Shown one piece after another: positions 20,203-30,257 of a stretch of 64,000 nt of DNA. The position numbers and the translations under genes were made by a program. The DNA lies in contig CAVWHO010000016.1 of the NCBI GenBank assembly GCA_963754875.1, positions 544,001 through 608,000 on the forward strand. The letters are read 5' to 3'. Within the stretch, counting starts at the first letter, position 1. Each line of letters begins with the position of its first letter. A model generated the notes under the pieces. The model was not told the DNA's origin, made no database searches, and saw nothing but the letters and a program-made list of their open reading frames with translations. Source of the DNA: Nitrospirota bacterium. Lineage in GTDB: Bacteria; Nitrospirota; UBA9217.

Positions 20203-21165
20203 TTAGCGCTTAGCCAGCGCCTCTTTCGCCTTGATGATATTCGTAATGGTTTCGTTCACCGGGACGGTAATGCCTTTTTCCTGCGCCAGCTTCACTATCG
20301 CGCCATTCAGCGCATCGATCTCGAGACGTTTGCCTGCTTTGACGTCATAGTACATGGACGGATAATGCCTGGCTGTAGGCGGGACGAGCCGTGTATAGAA
20401 ATGGTCGCGATAGGCGGCCGCGGATTTCCAGTTCAACGCTGTTCCACGCGCTTGTGCTACGCGAAATATCTCGTCAATGATCGCGTCCATGATCCCGCGC
20501 GTTTCACTATTTTCTGCAAGCTGGCCGTAGGTACATTCAAGGATCGCACCAAGAGGGTTCAGCGCCGCGTTATAGAGAATCTTGTCCCACAGGATGGCCT
20601 CTACGTTCTCGGCGTAAGCGGTCGGAATGCCCGCTGACGTGAATGCCGCTGCGATCTCCAGCACCCGTTCACGATCCACCGCGTCATGAGGCTGGCCGAT
20701 CCGTACGTCGTCGGCAATGACCGTGACCTCGGCCCTGCCCGCAGTCGGCAGCTTTACTCCGAAGATGATCCGCGACAAAAGCGTGTGGTCTTTGCCGACA
20801 ACGCTTGACACGGTTTCATAATTTCCGTATCCGTTCTGCGCAGTGATTACGAGCGTGTCCTCGCCCACGAGCGGTTTGACCTGTTCGATTGCCGCAGCCG
20901 TGTCATAGGACTTGACCGTGAGGATGATGAGATCGAGCTTTTCTCTCCTCAGCGAGTCGACGGAGCCGTAAATGCCGTCGAGTATGGCCTCGTGCTCGCC
21001 CCAGATGCCTGAGACGCGGACCTTTCGGTCCGAAAGAGCTGAAAGATACTTGTCTTTGGTAAGGGCAAAGACCGTGTGGCCCCCTTTTTTGAGAAGTGTA
21101 GCGAACACGGTCCCCAGCGCGCCGAGGCCGGTGATAAGAATAGTATGAGAAGATGATGGATTCAT
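20203..21165 (-). CDS. panE: 2-dehydropantoate 2-reductase (ketopantoate reductase family)
   Basis: GLGALG, LTVKSYD, AQNG, WDKILYNAALNPL, PSMYYDV...LEIDALNG. Confidence 0.9.
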   Translation of the reverse strand: MNPSSSHTILITGLGALGTVFATLLKKGGHTVFALTKDKYLSALSDRKVRVSGIWGEHEAILDGIYGSVDSLRREKLDLIILTVKSYDTAAAIEQVKPLVGEDTLVITAQNGYGNYETVSSVVGKDHTLLSRIIFGVKLPTAGRAEVTVIADDVRIGQPHDAVDRERVLEIAAAFTSAGIPTAYAENVEAILWDKILYNAALNPLGAILECTYGQLAENSETRGIMDAIIDEIFRVAQARGTALNWKSAAAYRDHFYTRLVPPTARHYPSMYYDVKAGKRLEIDALNGAIVKLAQEKGITVPVNETITNIIKAKEALAKR

Positions 21166-21299
21166 ACGATGAGCTGACGAGAATACCTCCTCTCCCCTTT
21201 CTCCTGAAAGACTCTTACTTTTATTCGTAAGTATAGCATGAAGTCTTGAAAGATCGCGAGAGCGGAAAGGATGGCTATTCGGAGAACGCGGTTTTATCC

Positions 21300-22508
21300 T
21301 CACCGTATATCGCTTTTCTTGAAGCTTCTAAATAATAGCAAATCATAGACGATCTTAAGCCCGCCTGCAACGAGAAAAGGCGCTCCGAGAAGCGCCTGTG
21401 AAGCGAGCAAGACGCCGGCGATCGACGGAGATATCGCGGCCCCGACGGACCGGGCTATCGCTGTCACCCCGGACGCTGCCGCCCGCTCGTCGGGCGCCAC
21501 AACTGCCATCGTATAAGACTGTCGCGTCGGAACGTCCATCTGGGAGATGCTGAAGCGGAGGAGCAACACCGCGACGGCCCAGACAGCATTCGGCATGAGG
21601 GGTACGAGAATGAGAAGCACATTCGACGGGATATGGGTGAAGACCATGGTGTTGATCAGGACTATGCGTGAGGCGATTTTAACGGCCAGCAGCGCCGAAA
21701 CGCCGGCCAGGATATTCGCGCCGAAGAAGATGCTCCCGAGAACTCCGGCGTTGATGCCGAACCTGAGATGGAACCAGTAGGCCACCATGCTCTGGATCAC
21801 GAACCCTCCGGCAAAAGCGTCGAGGGCAAACAGTCCGGAGAGCTTCATGACTACGCCCTTGGACTTATGGAGACCGAGAACCCGTTCTTTAGCAGGGACA
21901 CTCGCAGCGGCTTCTACTTCAGATGAAAGGAAACTGAACAGACCGACAAGAACAACTCCGCATGCTGCGTATCCGATGATCACCGCCTTGTACGATGCAA
22001 GCTCGGACAATCCTTCTTGCATCAGGCCCTGGGACAAGAACCCGCCTGCGAGTGCGCCCGATGCAGCCGCGAGAGAACCTGCGAGATTGTACCAGGCAAA
22101 AGCTCTCGTGCGTTTTTCGGAAGAAAGAAGCTGCGAAAGGGCCGCCTGCTCCAGCGAAAGAAAAGGTCCGATTTCATTCCCGCTGGGGCTGATGACTCCG
22201 ATGATTGCCGCCAAGGTGAGAAGAACAAGATTCCCGGTCAGGCTGAACACGGTTCCGGCCATGATCATGAGCCCCGCACCGAGAAGCAACATTTTTTTTC
22301 TGCCGATCCGGTCTGCCGTGGTCGTGATCCAGAGCGAGATCCCCGCGTCGCCTGCGAGCGTGAGCGTAAAGAGCAGGCCGATCTCCGCCCCGGTCAGGCC
22401 GGCTTCGCGGAGATAGAGAGCGAGCACCACGGAGAGGGCGCCGTACGCAAAGAGGCGCACGCTTCTGGCACTGAAGAGCAGGATAACGTCACGCTGCAAA
22501 TGCGCCAT
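21300..22508 (-). CDS. MFS transporter
   Basis: About 12 TM segments, motif A (ADRIGRK), PSGNEIGPF, SQMDVPTRQSY. Confidence 0.9.
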   Translation of the reverse strand: MAHLQRDVILLFSARSVRLFAYGALSVVLALYLREAGLTGAEIGLLFTLTLAGDAGISLWITTTADRIGRKKMLLLGAGLMIMAGTVFSLTGNLVLLTLAAIIGVISPSGNEIGPFLSLEQAALSQLLSSEKRTRAFAWYNLAGSLAAASGALAGGFLSQGLMQEGLSELASYKAVIIGYAACGVVLVGLFSFLSSEVEAAASVPAKERVLGLHKSKGVVMKLSGLFALDAFAGGFVIQSMVAYWFHLRFGINAGVLGSIFFGANILAGVSALLAVKIASRIVLINTMVFTHIPSNVLLILVPLMPNAVWAVAVLLLRFSISQMDVPTRQSYTMAVVAPDERAAASGVTAIARSVGAAISPSIAGVLLASQALLGAPFLVAGGLKIVYDLLLFRSFKKSDIR

Positions 22509-22953
22509 GGGCCCTTCCCTGCCTGACCATTTCTTTGCAATAGGCATACAGCGCGTCGTACACGATCCATTCTGCCCCGTTGATCGCATGATCGTCCATA
22601 AGCCCGAGATGACGAAACCCCTCGGCAACCGCATTGAGACCAGGACCTTCGGGCTGATGATGAAGGCTGTTGTCCGTGTCCGCGCCGTTCACAATCCTGG
22701 AGAGCAGCACCAATGCCGGATCGCCCGCAAGGCTATACTTTTTCACAATGGCATCGAACGAACATTCCTTGCCGTGGTGCCCCAACTCGACGTCCGGCAC
22801 ATCAAAAGGTATCGCACCGATCCGCACAGCTTCAGTCTGCACCTGTTCTGCCGGAACAAAAAAGAATTCAGCGTCCGTGTCCACGAGCTTTTTAATGAGC
22901 CAGGGACAGGCAACGCGGTCCACTTTCACGTTTGCACGGGTGATCCATTTCAT
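22489..22953 (-). CDS. Chromate-resistance ChrB C-terminal-domain protein
   Basis: MKWITR...VDRVACPWLI...AIPFD...HHGKECSFD...VYDALY. Confidence 0.9.
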   Translation of the reverse strand: MKWITRANVKVDRVACPWLIKKLVDTDAEFFFVPAEQVQTEAVRIGAIPFDVPDVELGHHGKECSFDAIVKKYSLAGDPALVLLSRIVNGADTDNSLHHQPEGPGLNAVAEGFRHLGLMDDHAINGAEWIVYDALYAYCKEMVRQGRAHGAFAA

Positions 22954-23113
22954 GATAGTTCTCCTTAGGGATGGGGCGTGTGCAGAAGGGCAGGCGAAAA
23001 GCGTTGAAATGTGTTCATTATAATCAGGGAAAAACGCAAGCGGTCGGCGGACCAGTCAGCAGGCGCCGCCGGAGACAGGGCGGATCAGCGCCTGAAGGCC
23101 GGTTCGCTGTCGA

Positions 23114-23305
23114 TCATTGCCTCAGCGACTTGTAAAGTTCTTCAAGGTCGTGCTCGTGCTTTAATTCCATTGATGCAAAGTGCTCGAAAAGCTTTTTGGC
23201 CTCCTCATTATCAGTGTCCCTGGCCGCTTTTAGGTAAAATTCATGCGCGTTGTGCTCGTTGACTATCGCCGTCTTGAAAATCTCAAATAGCGTTTCTTTC
23301 TCCAT
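23114..23305 (-). CDS. Small ferritin/rubrerythrin-like protein (half four-helix bundle)
   Basis: AIVNEHNAHEFY...KKLFEHFASMELKHEHDL (ExxH); GAGGAGG RBS. Confidence 0.8.
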   Translation of the reverse strand: MEKETLFEIFKTAIVNEHNAHEFYLKAARDTDNEEAKKLFEHFASMELKHEHDLEELYKSLRQ

Positions 23306-23347
23306 GATGCCTCCTCGTTGTCAGCGTTCCCCGCAGACGCTAGTATC

Positions 23348-23376
23348 TTGACAAATTAATAACGAAACATTATACT
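23348..23376 (+). promoter_or_regulatory. IS630 transposase promoter
   Basis: TTGACA-17bp-TATACT, with 7 nt between the -10 and the ATG at 23384. Confidence 0.8.
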
Positions 23377-23383
23377 ATACTTC

Positions 23384-24486
23384 ATGAGACAAGTTAAAAT
23401 GCAACTTACCGAAGAAGATCGAGCCACTCTAAAGCCATTTCGTGCCAAGGGGCAGCATATGGCCAGAGAATTCAATCGCGCACATATATTATCGGCTTTA
23501 GACCAAAACGTACCTGAAAAGCAAATCATGTTAGTTCTGGGTGTTGGTCGAACCGCCATTTGGCGCACCCGCTCTGCCTACCTGGAAAAAGGCTTGGCTT
23601 ATGCTTTGCATGATGTCGAGCGGCCTGGGCAACCGATACTATATGGAACCGATCAGCAGGCCGAGGTCGTGGCTTTGGCCTGTAGCGCACCTCCGAAGGG
23701 CGCCAAGCGCTGGACAATCGACTTGTTGACCAAAGCAGCGAGACGGCGACCGAAACTTAAAAATATTAGTCGTGAAAGCATTCGTCTCTTTCTAAAAAAA
23801 ACGACTGCAAACCCTGGCGCAGGTTGATGTGGTGCATTGGTAAATTGACCACGGAATATCGCCAAAGGATGTATGATTTGCTGGATCTTTACGCAAGACC
23901 TTATCAGGAGAACGAGCCGGTGGTCTGCGTAGACGAAAAGAGCAAGCAACTTTTGGAACAACCACGGGCACCGATTCCAGCCAGCCCGGGAAATCCGACC
24001 AAAGAAGATTACGAGTATAAGCGTGCTGGTACCCGTAACATTTTCATGGCGATTGAACCTAAGGGCGGACACAGGCAGGCGGAAGTAACAGCCCATCGCA
24101 CAAAGAGTGATTTTGTGCAGTTCATCAGTCATTTGGTGAAAAAAGTCTATGCAAGAGCGCAGAAGATTCATCTGGTGCTGGATAATCTTAATACTCATTT
24201 CCGCAGCAGTTTTGAAGAAGTATTGGGTGTTAAACGAGCGACCCAATTGTTGGACAGGGTAGAATTTCATTACACTCCCAAGCATGCCAGTTGGCTCAAT
24301 ATGGCCGAAATTGAAATCGGAATCATGGATCGACAATGTACTGGGTGTCGATTGCCAAACGAACAAACCCTTCGGGCGGAAATTGTCGCGTGGAGTGACC
24401 GTCGCAATCAAGCCCGATCAACAATAGATTGGAGATTCACGCGACAAGATGCTGATCAGAAGCTATCTCGTCATTATGTTTCGTAA
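23384..24486 (+). CDS. IS630 transposase in two ORFs joined by a -1 frameshift at A8 (23794-23801)
   Basis: OrfA is an HTH (RPGQP...RWTIDLL); the -1 frame gives KKNDCKPWRRLMWC, then DEK, DNLNTH and WLNMAEIE DDE motifs. Confidence 0.93.
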
Positions 24487-24614
24487 TTAACTTGTTGCAA
24501 TACTAGATTGTTCGATTGCTCAAACAGGCCTTGCGTTAAACTTCTGCGTGAGTAGGATTAACTTTGCAATCAATAATATATCCCAATTATTTGCTACCTT
24601 GGTGCGTTGGTAAA

Positions 24615-24623
24615 AGTATACCA
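24615..24623 (-). promoter_or_regulatory. Extended -10 promoter probably serving the ferritin-like gene across the IS
   Basis: TGgTATACT on the minus strand. Confidence 0.4.
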
Positions 24624-24766
24624 TATTGATTTCCCGGACGAAGCGTTTACAGTCCGATTTTCCCGCATTTGCGGCAGGAAATTGCTGAGGTTTTTGCAGC
24701 TCACGACAAAAAAACGGGTGACCACATGGGAGATGGCCGACTTTTGCTCTGCCGAAACAGATTAAT

Positions 24767-24801
24767 AAAAAACCTCCGAAGGGCAGATCCCCCCGGAGGT
24801 T
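24767..24801 (-). terminator. Intrinsic terminator after the OM beta-barrel gene
   Basis: aacctccg...cggaggtt stem with a U-tract on the minus strand. Confidence 0.7.
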
Positions 24802-24825
24802 GTGATAAAAGCGTATATCTCTTAT

Positions 24826-25338
24826 TTAGAAGTAGTAATTGAAGCTTATGCCTGCCCTCTCGGTGCCGAAGTCAGTGGTTTTGACCGTCGTGCTGGCCGG
24901 GCCGGGCGTTGTCGTTTCCTCGGAACTGTAGCCGAAGCCGACCTTTCCCTCGATGCTGAACTGCTTGTAAAGGAAATATTCCGCGCCGAATTCTCCCATC
25001 AGGCTGAAGCTCTTCTGGTCTCCGTCCTGCGTTGAGCTGTAAAAGATCGTGCCTCCCACAAAAGGTGCAAAGTCGTCAACTTCGAGATATTTCCTTACGC
25101 CGCCTCCTATTCCAATATCAGTGCCGCTTGCATCTCCGCCTCTCACGCCTAAGCCGAAGCTCGCAAGCACTGCCATATCCCTCGTAATAAAATATTTGCC
25201 GGTAAGAACAAAATCATCATTGACGTCAACGTTGAATCCCAGCGCGCCCTGCCGTATACTGTTTGCTGCGGATGCGCTCCCGGCCCCGAAACCTATCGCC
25301 ATGACCAGGGCCAGCACGATTATAATAAGTTTATTCAT
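24826..25338 (-). CDS. Small outer-membrane beta-barrel protein
   Basis: Signal peptide (ASA-A), amphipathic beta strands, C-terminal SFNYYF. Confidence 0.85.
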   Translation of the reverse strand: MNKLIIIVLALVMAIGFGAGSASAANSIRQGALGFNVDVNDDFVLTGKYFITRDMAVLASFGLGVRGGDASGTDIGIGGGVRKYLEVDDFAPFVGGTIFYSSTQDGDQKSFSLMGEFGAEYFLYKQFSIEGKVGFGYSSEETTTPGPASTTVKTTDFGTERAGISFNYYF

Positions 25339-25364
25339 AATACCTCTCCTCCTTGTTTGGCTTT

Positions 25365-25404
25365 TTTGAGCAATAATAAACTACTTTGAGCAATGATACA
25401 CTAC
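25365..25404. repeat. 20-bp tandem direct repeat in the 5' UTR of the OM protein gene
   Basis: tttgagcaataataaactac / tttgagcaatgatacactac (18/20 identical). Confidence 0.8.
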
Positions 25405-25438
25405 GCGGGCAGCGTCATTCATAAATACATTGCCTGCG

Positions 25439-25466
25439 ATTATACTAATTGCTTATCCGTTGTCAA
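25439..25466 (-). promoter_or_regulatory. Consensus sigma70 promoter of the OM protein gene
   Basis: TTGACA-16bp-TATAAT on the minus strand. Confidence 0.8.
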
Positions 25467-25612
25467 GAATTTTTATTACCACTAGGAGGAATCATGGGGG
25501 GGCAGGAAGACAAGTAATTGCTGGGAGCATGGTGCGTTCCCCTGCGGCAAGGCGATTGCGCCGCAAGATACCGAGGGGTTGCTTCCCGTGATGCACATGA
25601 CCGATCGCGGGC

Positions 25613-27922
25613 TTACCGTTTCATTGCCATGACCTTGCCGACGATTTCGGCCATCTCCCGTACGCGGTACGGCTTCGCGATGACGCCCAGGAAGCCATAG
25701 TCTTCGTAATGGGCCATGATCGGGTCATGAGAGTACCCGCTGGAGACGATGGCCCGGACCCCGGGATCGAGCTCGATCAGTTTGGCAAGCGTCTTCCTGC
25801 CGCCCATGCCTCCGGGCACCGTCAGGTCCATTATGACGACATCAAACGGTTTTCCCGCTTCGCGGGCTTTGCCATAGAGCCCGATCGCCTCGCTGCCGTC
25901 TTTGGCGAGCTCGACTTCATATCCAGCGGTCTGCAGGATCTTTCCGGCCGCGTCCAGGATGATCGCTTCATCATCCATGATCAGGACCCTGCCGTGGCCG
26001 GTCCTGAGTCCGGTGCTTGTGTCTTCCGGCGTTTTGAGTTCTTTCGCGGAAGCCGGAAGATACATTGAAATGGTCGTCCACACGCCAGGTTCCGACTCTG
26101 CAAAAATGACGCCGCCGTGCTTTTTTATAATGGAATAGGCCGTGGCGAGCCCCAGGCCGGCTCCATGTTTTTTTGTCGTGAAATAGGGGTCGAAGATCTT
26201 GGCAAGGTGCTCTTTCGGCATGCCGACGCCCTGGTCTGCTATGCATATTCTCACATAGTCTCCGGCCTTGAGAGACAGGACCTCGTTCGCTTCCAGGCTC
26301 ACATTTTCACCGGAGATGGTGATCTTGCCGCCCAGAGGCATGGCTTGGTCTGCATTGATCACGATGTTGTGGATGACCTGTCGCAGCTGTCCGCTGTCCG
26401 CTTCGACTGGCCGAAGATTCGCGGGAAGGGAAATCGTTCGGCCGGCCTTAGACCCCCGAAGGGCGAAACTTGCCGCCTCCTTGATAAGATCGTTGATGAC
26501 GACCGTTTTCCTGACCGGCTCGCCCCCCCGCGAAAACGTGAGGAGTTGCTGCGTCAGGCCGTGAGCCTGTATTGATGCCTGCTCGGCTTTTTCCAGGATC
26601 GGCATAAGCAGATTATCGCGATTGAGATGCATCCTCGCCAGCTCGATGTTCGCCGTGATACCAGTTATGAGGTTGTTGAAATCGTGCGCAATGCCGCCCG
26701 CCAGAATACCCAGGGAATCCAGTTTCTGTGCCTTCAGAATGTCTTCTTCCAGCATCTTGCGATCGGTGCTGTCGCGGGAATTTACGATGATCCGCACAGC
26801 CTGGTCCTCATCGATCAGGCTCTTGCCGATCGATTCAAAGATACGCCACGAGCCGTCCCGGTGCATCACCCGGATCTCGATCATTTCCGACGTTCCCGGC
26901 GTCCCGATGAGCCTCGTGAAGGCGTCCTGCGCCGCCGGCCGGTCGTCGGGATGCAGGTACTCGAACACGAGACCGCCGATCAACTCGCCGCGCCGGTATC
27001 CCAGCAGTCTTTCGATGGAGGGGCTCTCAAAGAGGATATTTCCGCTGCCGTCCAGGACCGTGATGAGGTCAAGGGCGTTCTCGATCAGCGACCGGAAGTA
27101 GACTTCGCTTTGTCTGCGCAGGTCCTCGGAAACGCTGCGCGCAGCGATCTCCTCCTGGAGGCGGCCATTGGCGCGTTCCCATTCAAGGGTGCGCTCTTTT
27201 ACCAGCATCTCCAGATGGTCCCGGTGTTTCTGCAGTTCTTCCTCGGCCTTTTTGCGCTCCCCAATCTCGGCACGGAGCTCTTCGTTCAGCTTTTCCGTAC
27301 GGTCCTTCGCCGAAGCCAGGTAGGCGACCAAGTTTCTGTTCTCGAGGCGGAGCTTGAGCGACAGTGCAGACATGTCATGAACCCGCCACGCCGTTGAATG
27401 GATCAATACTGCGAAGAGGAGGGTGGTCCCTCCCATGGTGACATGGATTTCGTCGCCGTAAGAGAAGAGCCGGAAGATCAGGGGCACGAGGACCGGAATG
27501 CTGTATGACAGAAAGGCCGTTTTGATGGTCGAAAACGTGGCAGCAGCTCCCGCAACCATACCGCCGAGAATAAAGGCGAGAAACACCTGGTGCGGCAACG
27601 ACTCCACAGGAAACACAAGTATGCTGGCAGTTCCCCACACGATGCCGGTCAGGGCCATGCCGATAATAAACTGTGTGCCCCGGCTTCGCGCTTCCGCAGG
27701 GGATGGTGGATTGAGCCGGTAGTGGTATACTTGGACGGCTCGAATGATGGTAACCATGAACAGGCAGGCCAGCCAGACGGTCAATGTACGATGGGAAACT
27801 ACCTTCCAAAGCACATAGGCCAGGGCAATGGCGTTGAGGACCGTCGCAGTCATGCCCAGGAGCGCCCGGTCATACAACTGTTTAACCTGGTCTGCACGGA
27901 CCTGCGAACGTTCGTCAGACAT
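25613..27922 (-). CDS. Membrane-bound hybrid sensor histidine kinase (TM-PAS-HisKA-HATPase-REC)
   Basis: N-terminal TM helices, PAS (LHPDD), GIAHDFNN, NADQA, DQGVG, FTTK...GLGL, receiver MDDE...MDLTVP. Confidence 0.93.
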   Translation of the reverse strand: MSDERSQVRADQVKQLYDRALLGMTATVLNAIALAYVLWKVVSHRTLTVWLACLFMVTIIRAVQVYHYRLNPPSPAEARSRGTQFIIGMALTGIVWGTASILVFPVESLPHQVFLAFILGGMVAGAAATFSTIKTAFLSYSIPVLVPLIFRLFSYGDEIHVTMGGTTLLFAVLIHSTAWRVHDMSALSLKLRLENRNLVAYLASAKDRTEKLNEELRAEIGERKKAEEELQKHRDHLEMLVKERTLEWERANGRLQEEIAARSVSEDLRRQSEVYFRSLIENALDLITVLDGSGNILFESPSIERLLGYRRGELIGGLVFEYLHPDDRPAAQDAFTRLIGTPGTSEMIEIRVMHRDGSWRIFESIGKSLIDEDQAVRIIVNSRDSTDRKMLEEDILKAQKLDSLGILAGGIAHDFNNLITGITANIELARMHLNRDNLLMPILEKAEQASIQAHGLTQQLLTFSRGGEPVRKTVVINDLIKEAASFALRGSKAGRTISLPANLRPVEADSGQLRQVIHNIVINADQAMPLGGKITISGENVSLEANEVLSLKAGDYVRICIADQGVGMPKEHLAKIFDPYFTTKKHGAGLGLATAYSIIKKHGGVIFAESEPGVWTTISMYLPASAKELKTPEDTSTGLRTGHGRVLIMDDEAIILDAAGKILQTAGYEVELAKDGSEAIGLYGKAREAGKPFDVVIMDLTVPGGMGGRKTLAKLIELDPGVRAIVSSGYSHDPIMAHYEDYGFLGVIAKPYRVREMAEIVGKVMAMKR

Positions 27923-28177
27923 GGCACTTCCTTCGGGAGGCTGCGATCGTGCCCTTTGCGAAGCTAGGGTATTTTGAGGAGGACGAAATAACCTGCGCCA
28001 TCGTGTTTCATGTTACAAAATTTTCGTTTTAAAATCCAATGAAATATGCATCGAGTTTCCTTAGAATGGGGCAAAGAGGGGTCTCGAATACGGGCTGAGT
28101 GCCCCTCTGCCTGGTGAGTACGAAGTTTGAAGCTCAAGGGCCGCGCTCCGTAACGTGCAACGGGTCGACCGTATAAT

Positions 28178-28420
28178 CTATCCTCCCGCAATGGGCGGGA
28201 AAATCCCTACGCGATCGGATTCGGAGATCATAAAATCTTTTTTTTCTACAGCGCCGTTGACCACGGTCACGAGCGGTCGTTCCCCCAGGTTCAGAAGCTC
28301 ATGCAACCCCTTGACCGTCGTCCCCGCGGGTGCATCGACGAAAAACTCCTTCTCACCGAAGCAGGACAAATCTTCGTTCTGACAGGTGAGGCCCGCGAAC
28401 AGCCTTACTTCAATCTTCAC
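28178..28420 (-). CDS. MoaD/ThiS-family sulfur-carrier protein
   Basis: Beta-grasp pattern IEVRLFA...DRVGIFPPIAGG ending in Gly-Gly; GTG start after GGAGGAG. Confidence 0.9.
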   Translation of the reverse strand: MKIEVRLFAGLTCQNEDLSCFGEKEFFVDAPAGTTVKGLHELLNLGERPLVTVVNGAVEKKDFMISESDRVGIFPPIAGG

Positions 28421-28466
28421 GAATGACTCCTCCCCCGAAATCACGCAAAATCAACTGCACATGAAT

Positions 28467-28497
28467 AAAAAGGGAGAGATGACTATCATCTCTCCCT
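28467..28497 (-). terminator. Terminator-like hairpin between aor and the moaD-like gene
   Basis: agggagagatga-cta-tcatctctccct followed by UUUUAUU on the minus strand. Confidence 0.7.
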
Positions 28498-28520
28498 CAG
28501 AGGAATTCATGTTCGGCCAG

Positions 28521-30257
28521 CTACCAGTTAAACACCTTATCCAGGTCTTCGTCCTTCACCTGGAACGTAACATTGTGCGGCGCAAAGGGTTCGGTCGTGA
28601 AGTACCGCGGGAGGCGGTCCTGCTGGGCAGTGAAGCCGGCGCGGGTATTGAAGTCACGCTCCATCTTGAGCACTTTCTTTCCGAGGTCCGTAACGCCGTC
28701 GGCGGTCATGGTCGTACCATAGGTGCCGCTCACGATATCCAGAAGCGCCTGGAACGTCTCGGGCTGGTCAAGGATGGCGAAAGCGATGAAGAGGCACATC
28801 CCGACGGAGTCGATTGCCGCGGTTGCGATCTGGAGGTTCCGGGACAGTTCGATCTGGCCCTCGGGCTTGAGCGCATTCACGTCGCCGCCTACCTTGAGAA
28901 CATTCTGCGCCACGGCATAGCCTGCCGTGTGGTCCGCGCCCATGGGGCTCGTTGCATAGGTGACGCCCACGCCCATAACCGCACGCGGATCATAGGCAGG
29001 CATGGACTGGCCCTTCACGACCGGGACCCGTTCCACGCCGAAGACCTTGCCCGTGACTGCCGCGCCGTTCCCCAGGATGCGGCCCAGGTGTGTGCCCTTG
29101 CCCACTTCCTTCACGAGGTTGATGGCCGCCTGGGCATCGCCGAACTTGGCAAGGCCCGCTTCCATGGCAACACCGATGGTCGCTCCCATCTCGATGGTGT
29201 CGATGCCGATGTTGTCGTCCATGAAATCGAGCATGGCGATAGAGTCCATGTCGTCGATGCCGCAGTTGCCGCCGTGGGCCCAGACCGTCTCGTACTCGGG
29301 CTGCTTGGTCAGGTAGTGGCCGTCCTTGTCGTGGTACACGCCGGAGCACTGGATCACGCAGCCCCGGTGACAGGCATGGGTGGCCATACCGCCGCGCTTG
29401 GTCTCGAGCGCGGCCACGGTCTCGCCGCTGATCTTGGAAGCGCCGTCAAAGCGTCCCTGCTTGAAATTATAAGTGGGATAGCCGCCGACTTCGTTCAGGA
29501 TGTTGGTCAGAATGTTCGTGCCATAGGCAGGAAGCCCCTGGCCGGTCACCGGATGCTTACGGAGCCCCTCCACGAACTTTTTATTGGCCTCGCGGAATTT
29601 CTCCGCGTCCTTGGGGGGCCGCGGCGCCTTGCCGGTGTCGTCAAGGACAATGACTTTGATATTCTTGGAGCCCATCACCGCCCCCACGCCGCCCCTGCCC
29701 GCGTGACGAGTAGGTCTCAGCTCCATGTCCGTGCACGCCACGGTCGCGGCGCTCATCTTCATCTCGCCTGCAGGCCCGATCGAGATACAGGCGATTTTGT
29801 CGCCGTACTCTTTCTTCATCTTCTCGATAAGCTCGTAGTTGGGAAGCATTTTGAGACTATTGTCCGGCTTTACCTTTACTCCATCCTTGTTGATGAAGAT
29901 CTTATAGAGCGTGTCGTCCGTGGGCTTTCCTTCAAGCACGATGGCTGCATACCCCAGCCTGGCAAGGACCTGAGACGGTTGCCCTCCTGAGTTAGCCTCT
30001 TTGATGCCGCCTGTAAGCGGACTTTTGCAGCCCACAGAGAGCCTGCTCGACATTGCTGCGCCGGTCCCGCTCAAGAGACCCGGCGCAATCACCAGCTTGT
30101 TTTCTCCTCCGAGCGGATGGCAGAGCGGGGGTACTTCCTTGGAAACAATGGCCGAGGTCATCGCTCTCCCCCCGAAACCCGCGTACTCGCCAAGCGCCGT
30201 TTCCTTGACCTGCGGACCACCCTGAGCGCCCACATTGATTCTCAAGATCTTATCCAT
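28521..30257 (-). CDS. aor: Aldehyde:ferredoxin oxidoreductase (W/Mo-pterin family)
   Basis: KSPLTGGIKEANSGG, AGRGGVGAVMGSKN, CHRGCVIQC, PEYET, AYDPR, GADH, DSVGMC. Confidence 0.93.
   Translation of the reverse strand: MDKILRINVGAQGGPQVKETALGEYAGFGGRAMTSAIVSKEVPPLCHPLGGENKLVIAPGLLSGTGAAMSSRLSVGCKSPLTGGIKEANSGGQPSQVLARLGYAAIVLEGKPTDDTLYKIFINKDGVKVKPDNSLKMLPNYELIEKMKKEYGDKIACISIGPAGEMKMSAATVACTDMELRPTRHAGRGGVGAVMGSKNIKVIVLDDTGKAPRPPKDAEKFREANKKFVEGLRKHPVTGQGLPAYGTNILTNILNEVGGYPTYNFKQGRFDGASKISGETVAALETKRGGMATHACHRGCVIQCSGVYHDKDGHYLTKQPEYETVWAHGGNCGIDDMDSIAMLDFMDDNIGIDTIEMGATIGVAMEAGLAKFGDAQAAINLVKEVGKGTHLGRILGNGAAVTGKVFGVERVPVVKGQSMPAYDPRAVMGVGVTYATSPMGADHTAGYAVAQNVLKVGGDVNALKPEGQIELSRNLQIATAAIDSVGMCLFIAFAILDQPETFQALLDIVSGTYGTTMTADGVTDLGKKVLKMERDFNTRAGFTAQQDRLPRYFTTEPFAPHNVTFQVKDEDLDKVFNW

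Larger units (their letters stand above)
23343..24503 (+). mobile_element. Complete IS630-family insertion sequence (1161 bp) with TA target duplication
   Basis: Ends TA|gtatcttgacaaattaat and taattaacttgttgcaatac|TA are imperfect inverted repeats; TA at 23341-23342 and 24504-24505; visibly more AT-rich than the flanks. Confidence 0.92.

Noticed and set aside
24572..24591. Fur/PerR box upstream of the ferritin-like gene
   Set aside because: AATAAT-N8-ATTATT has the wrong spacing for the 19-bp Fur box and lies in AT-rich DNA
28030..28175. Structured RNA or Moco/Wco riboswitch near moaD
   Set aside because: A single imperfect hairpin located downstream of aor/moaD; no aptamer consensus seen
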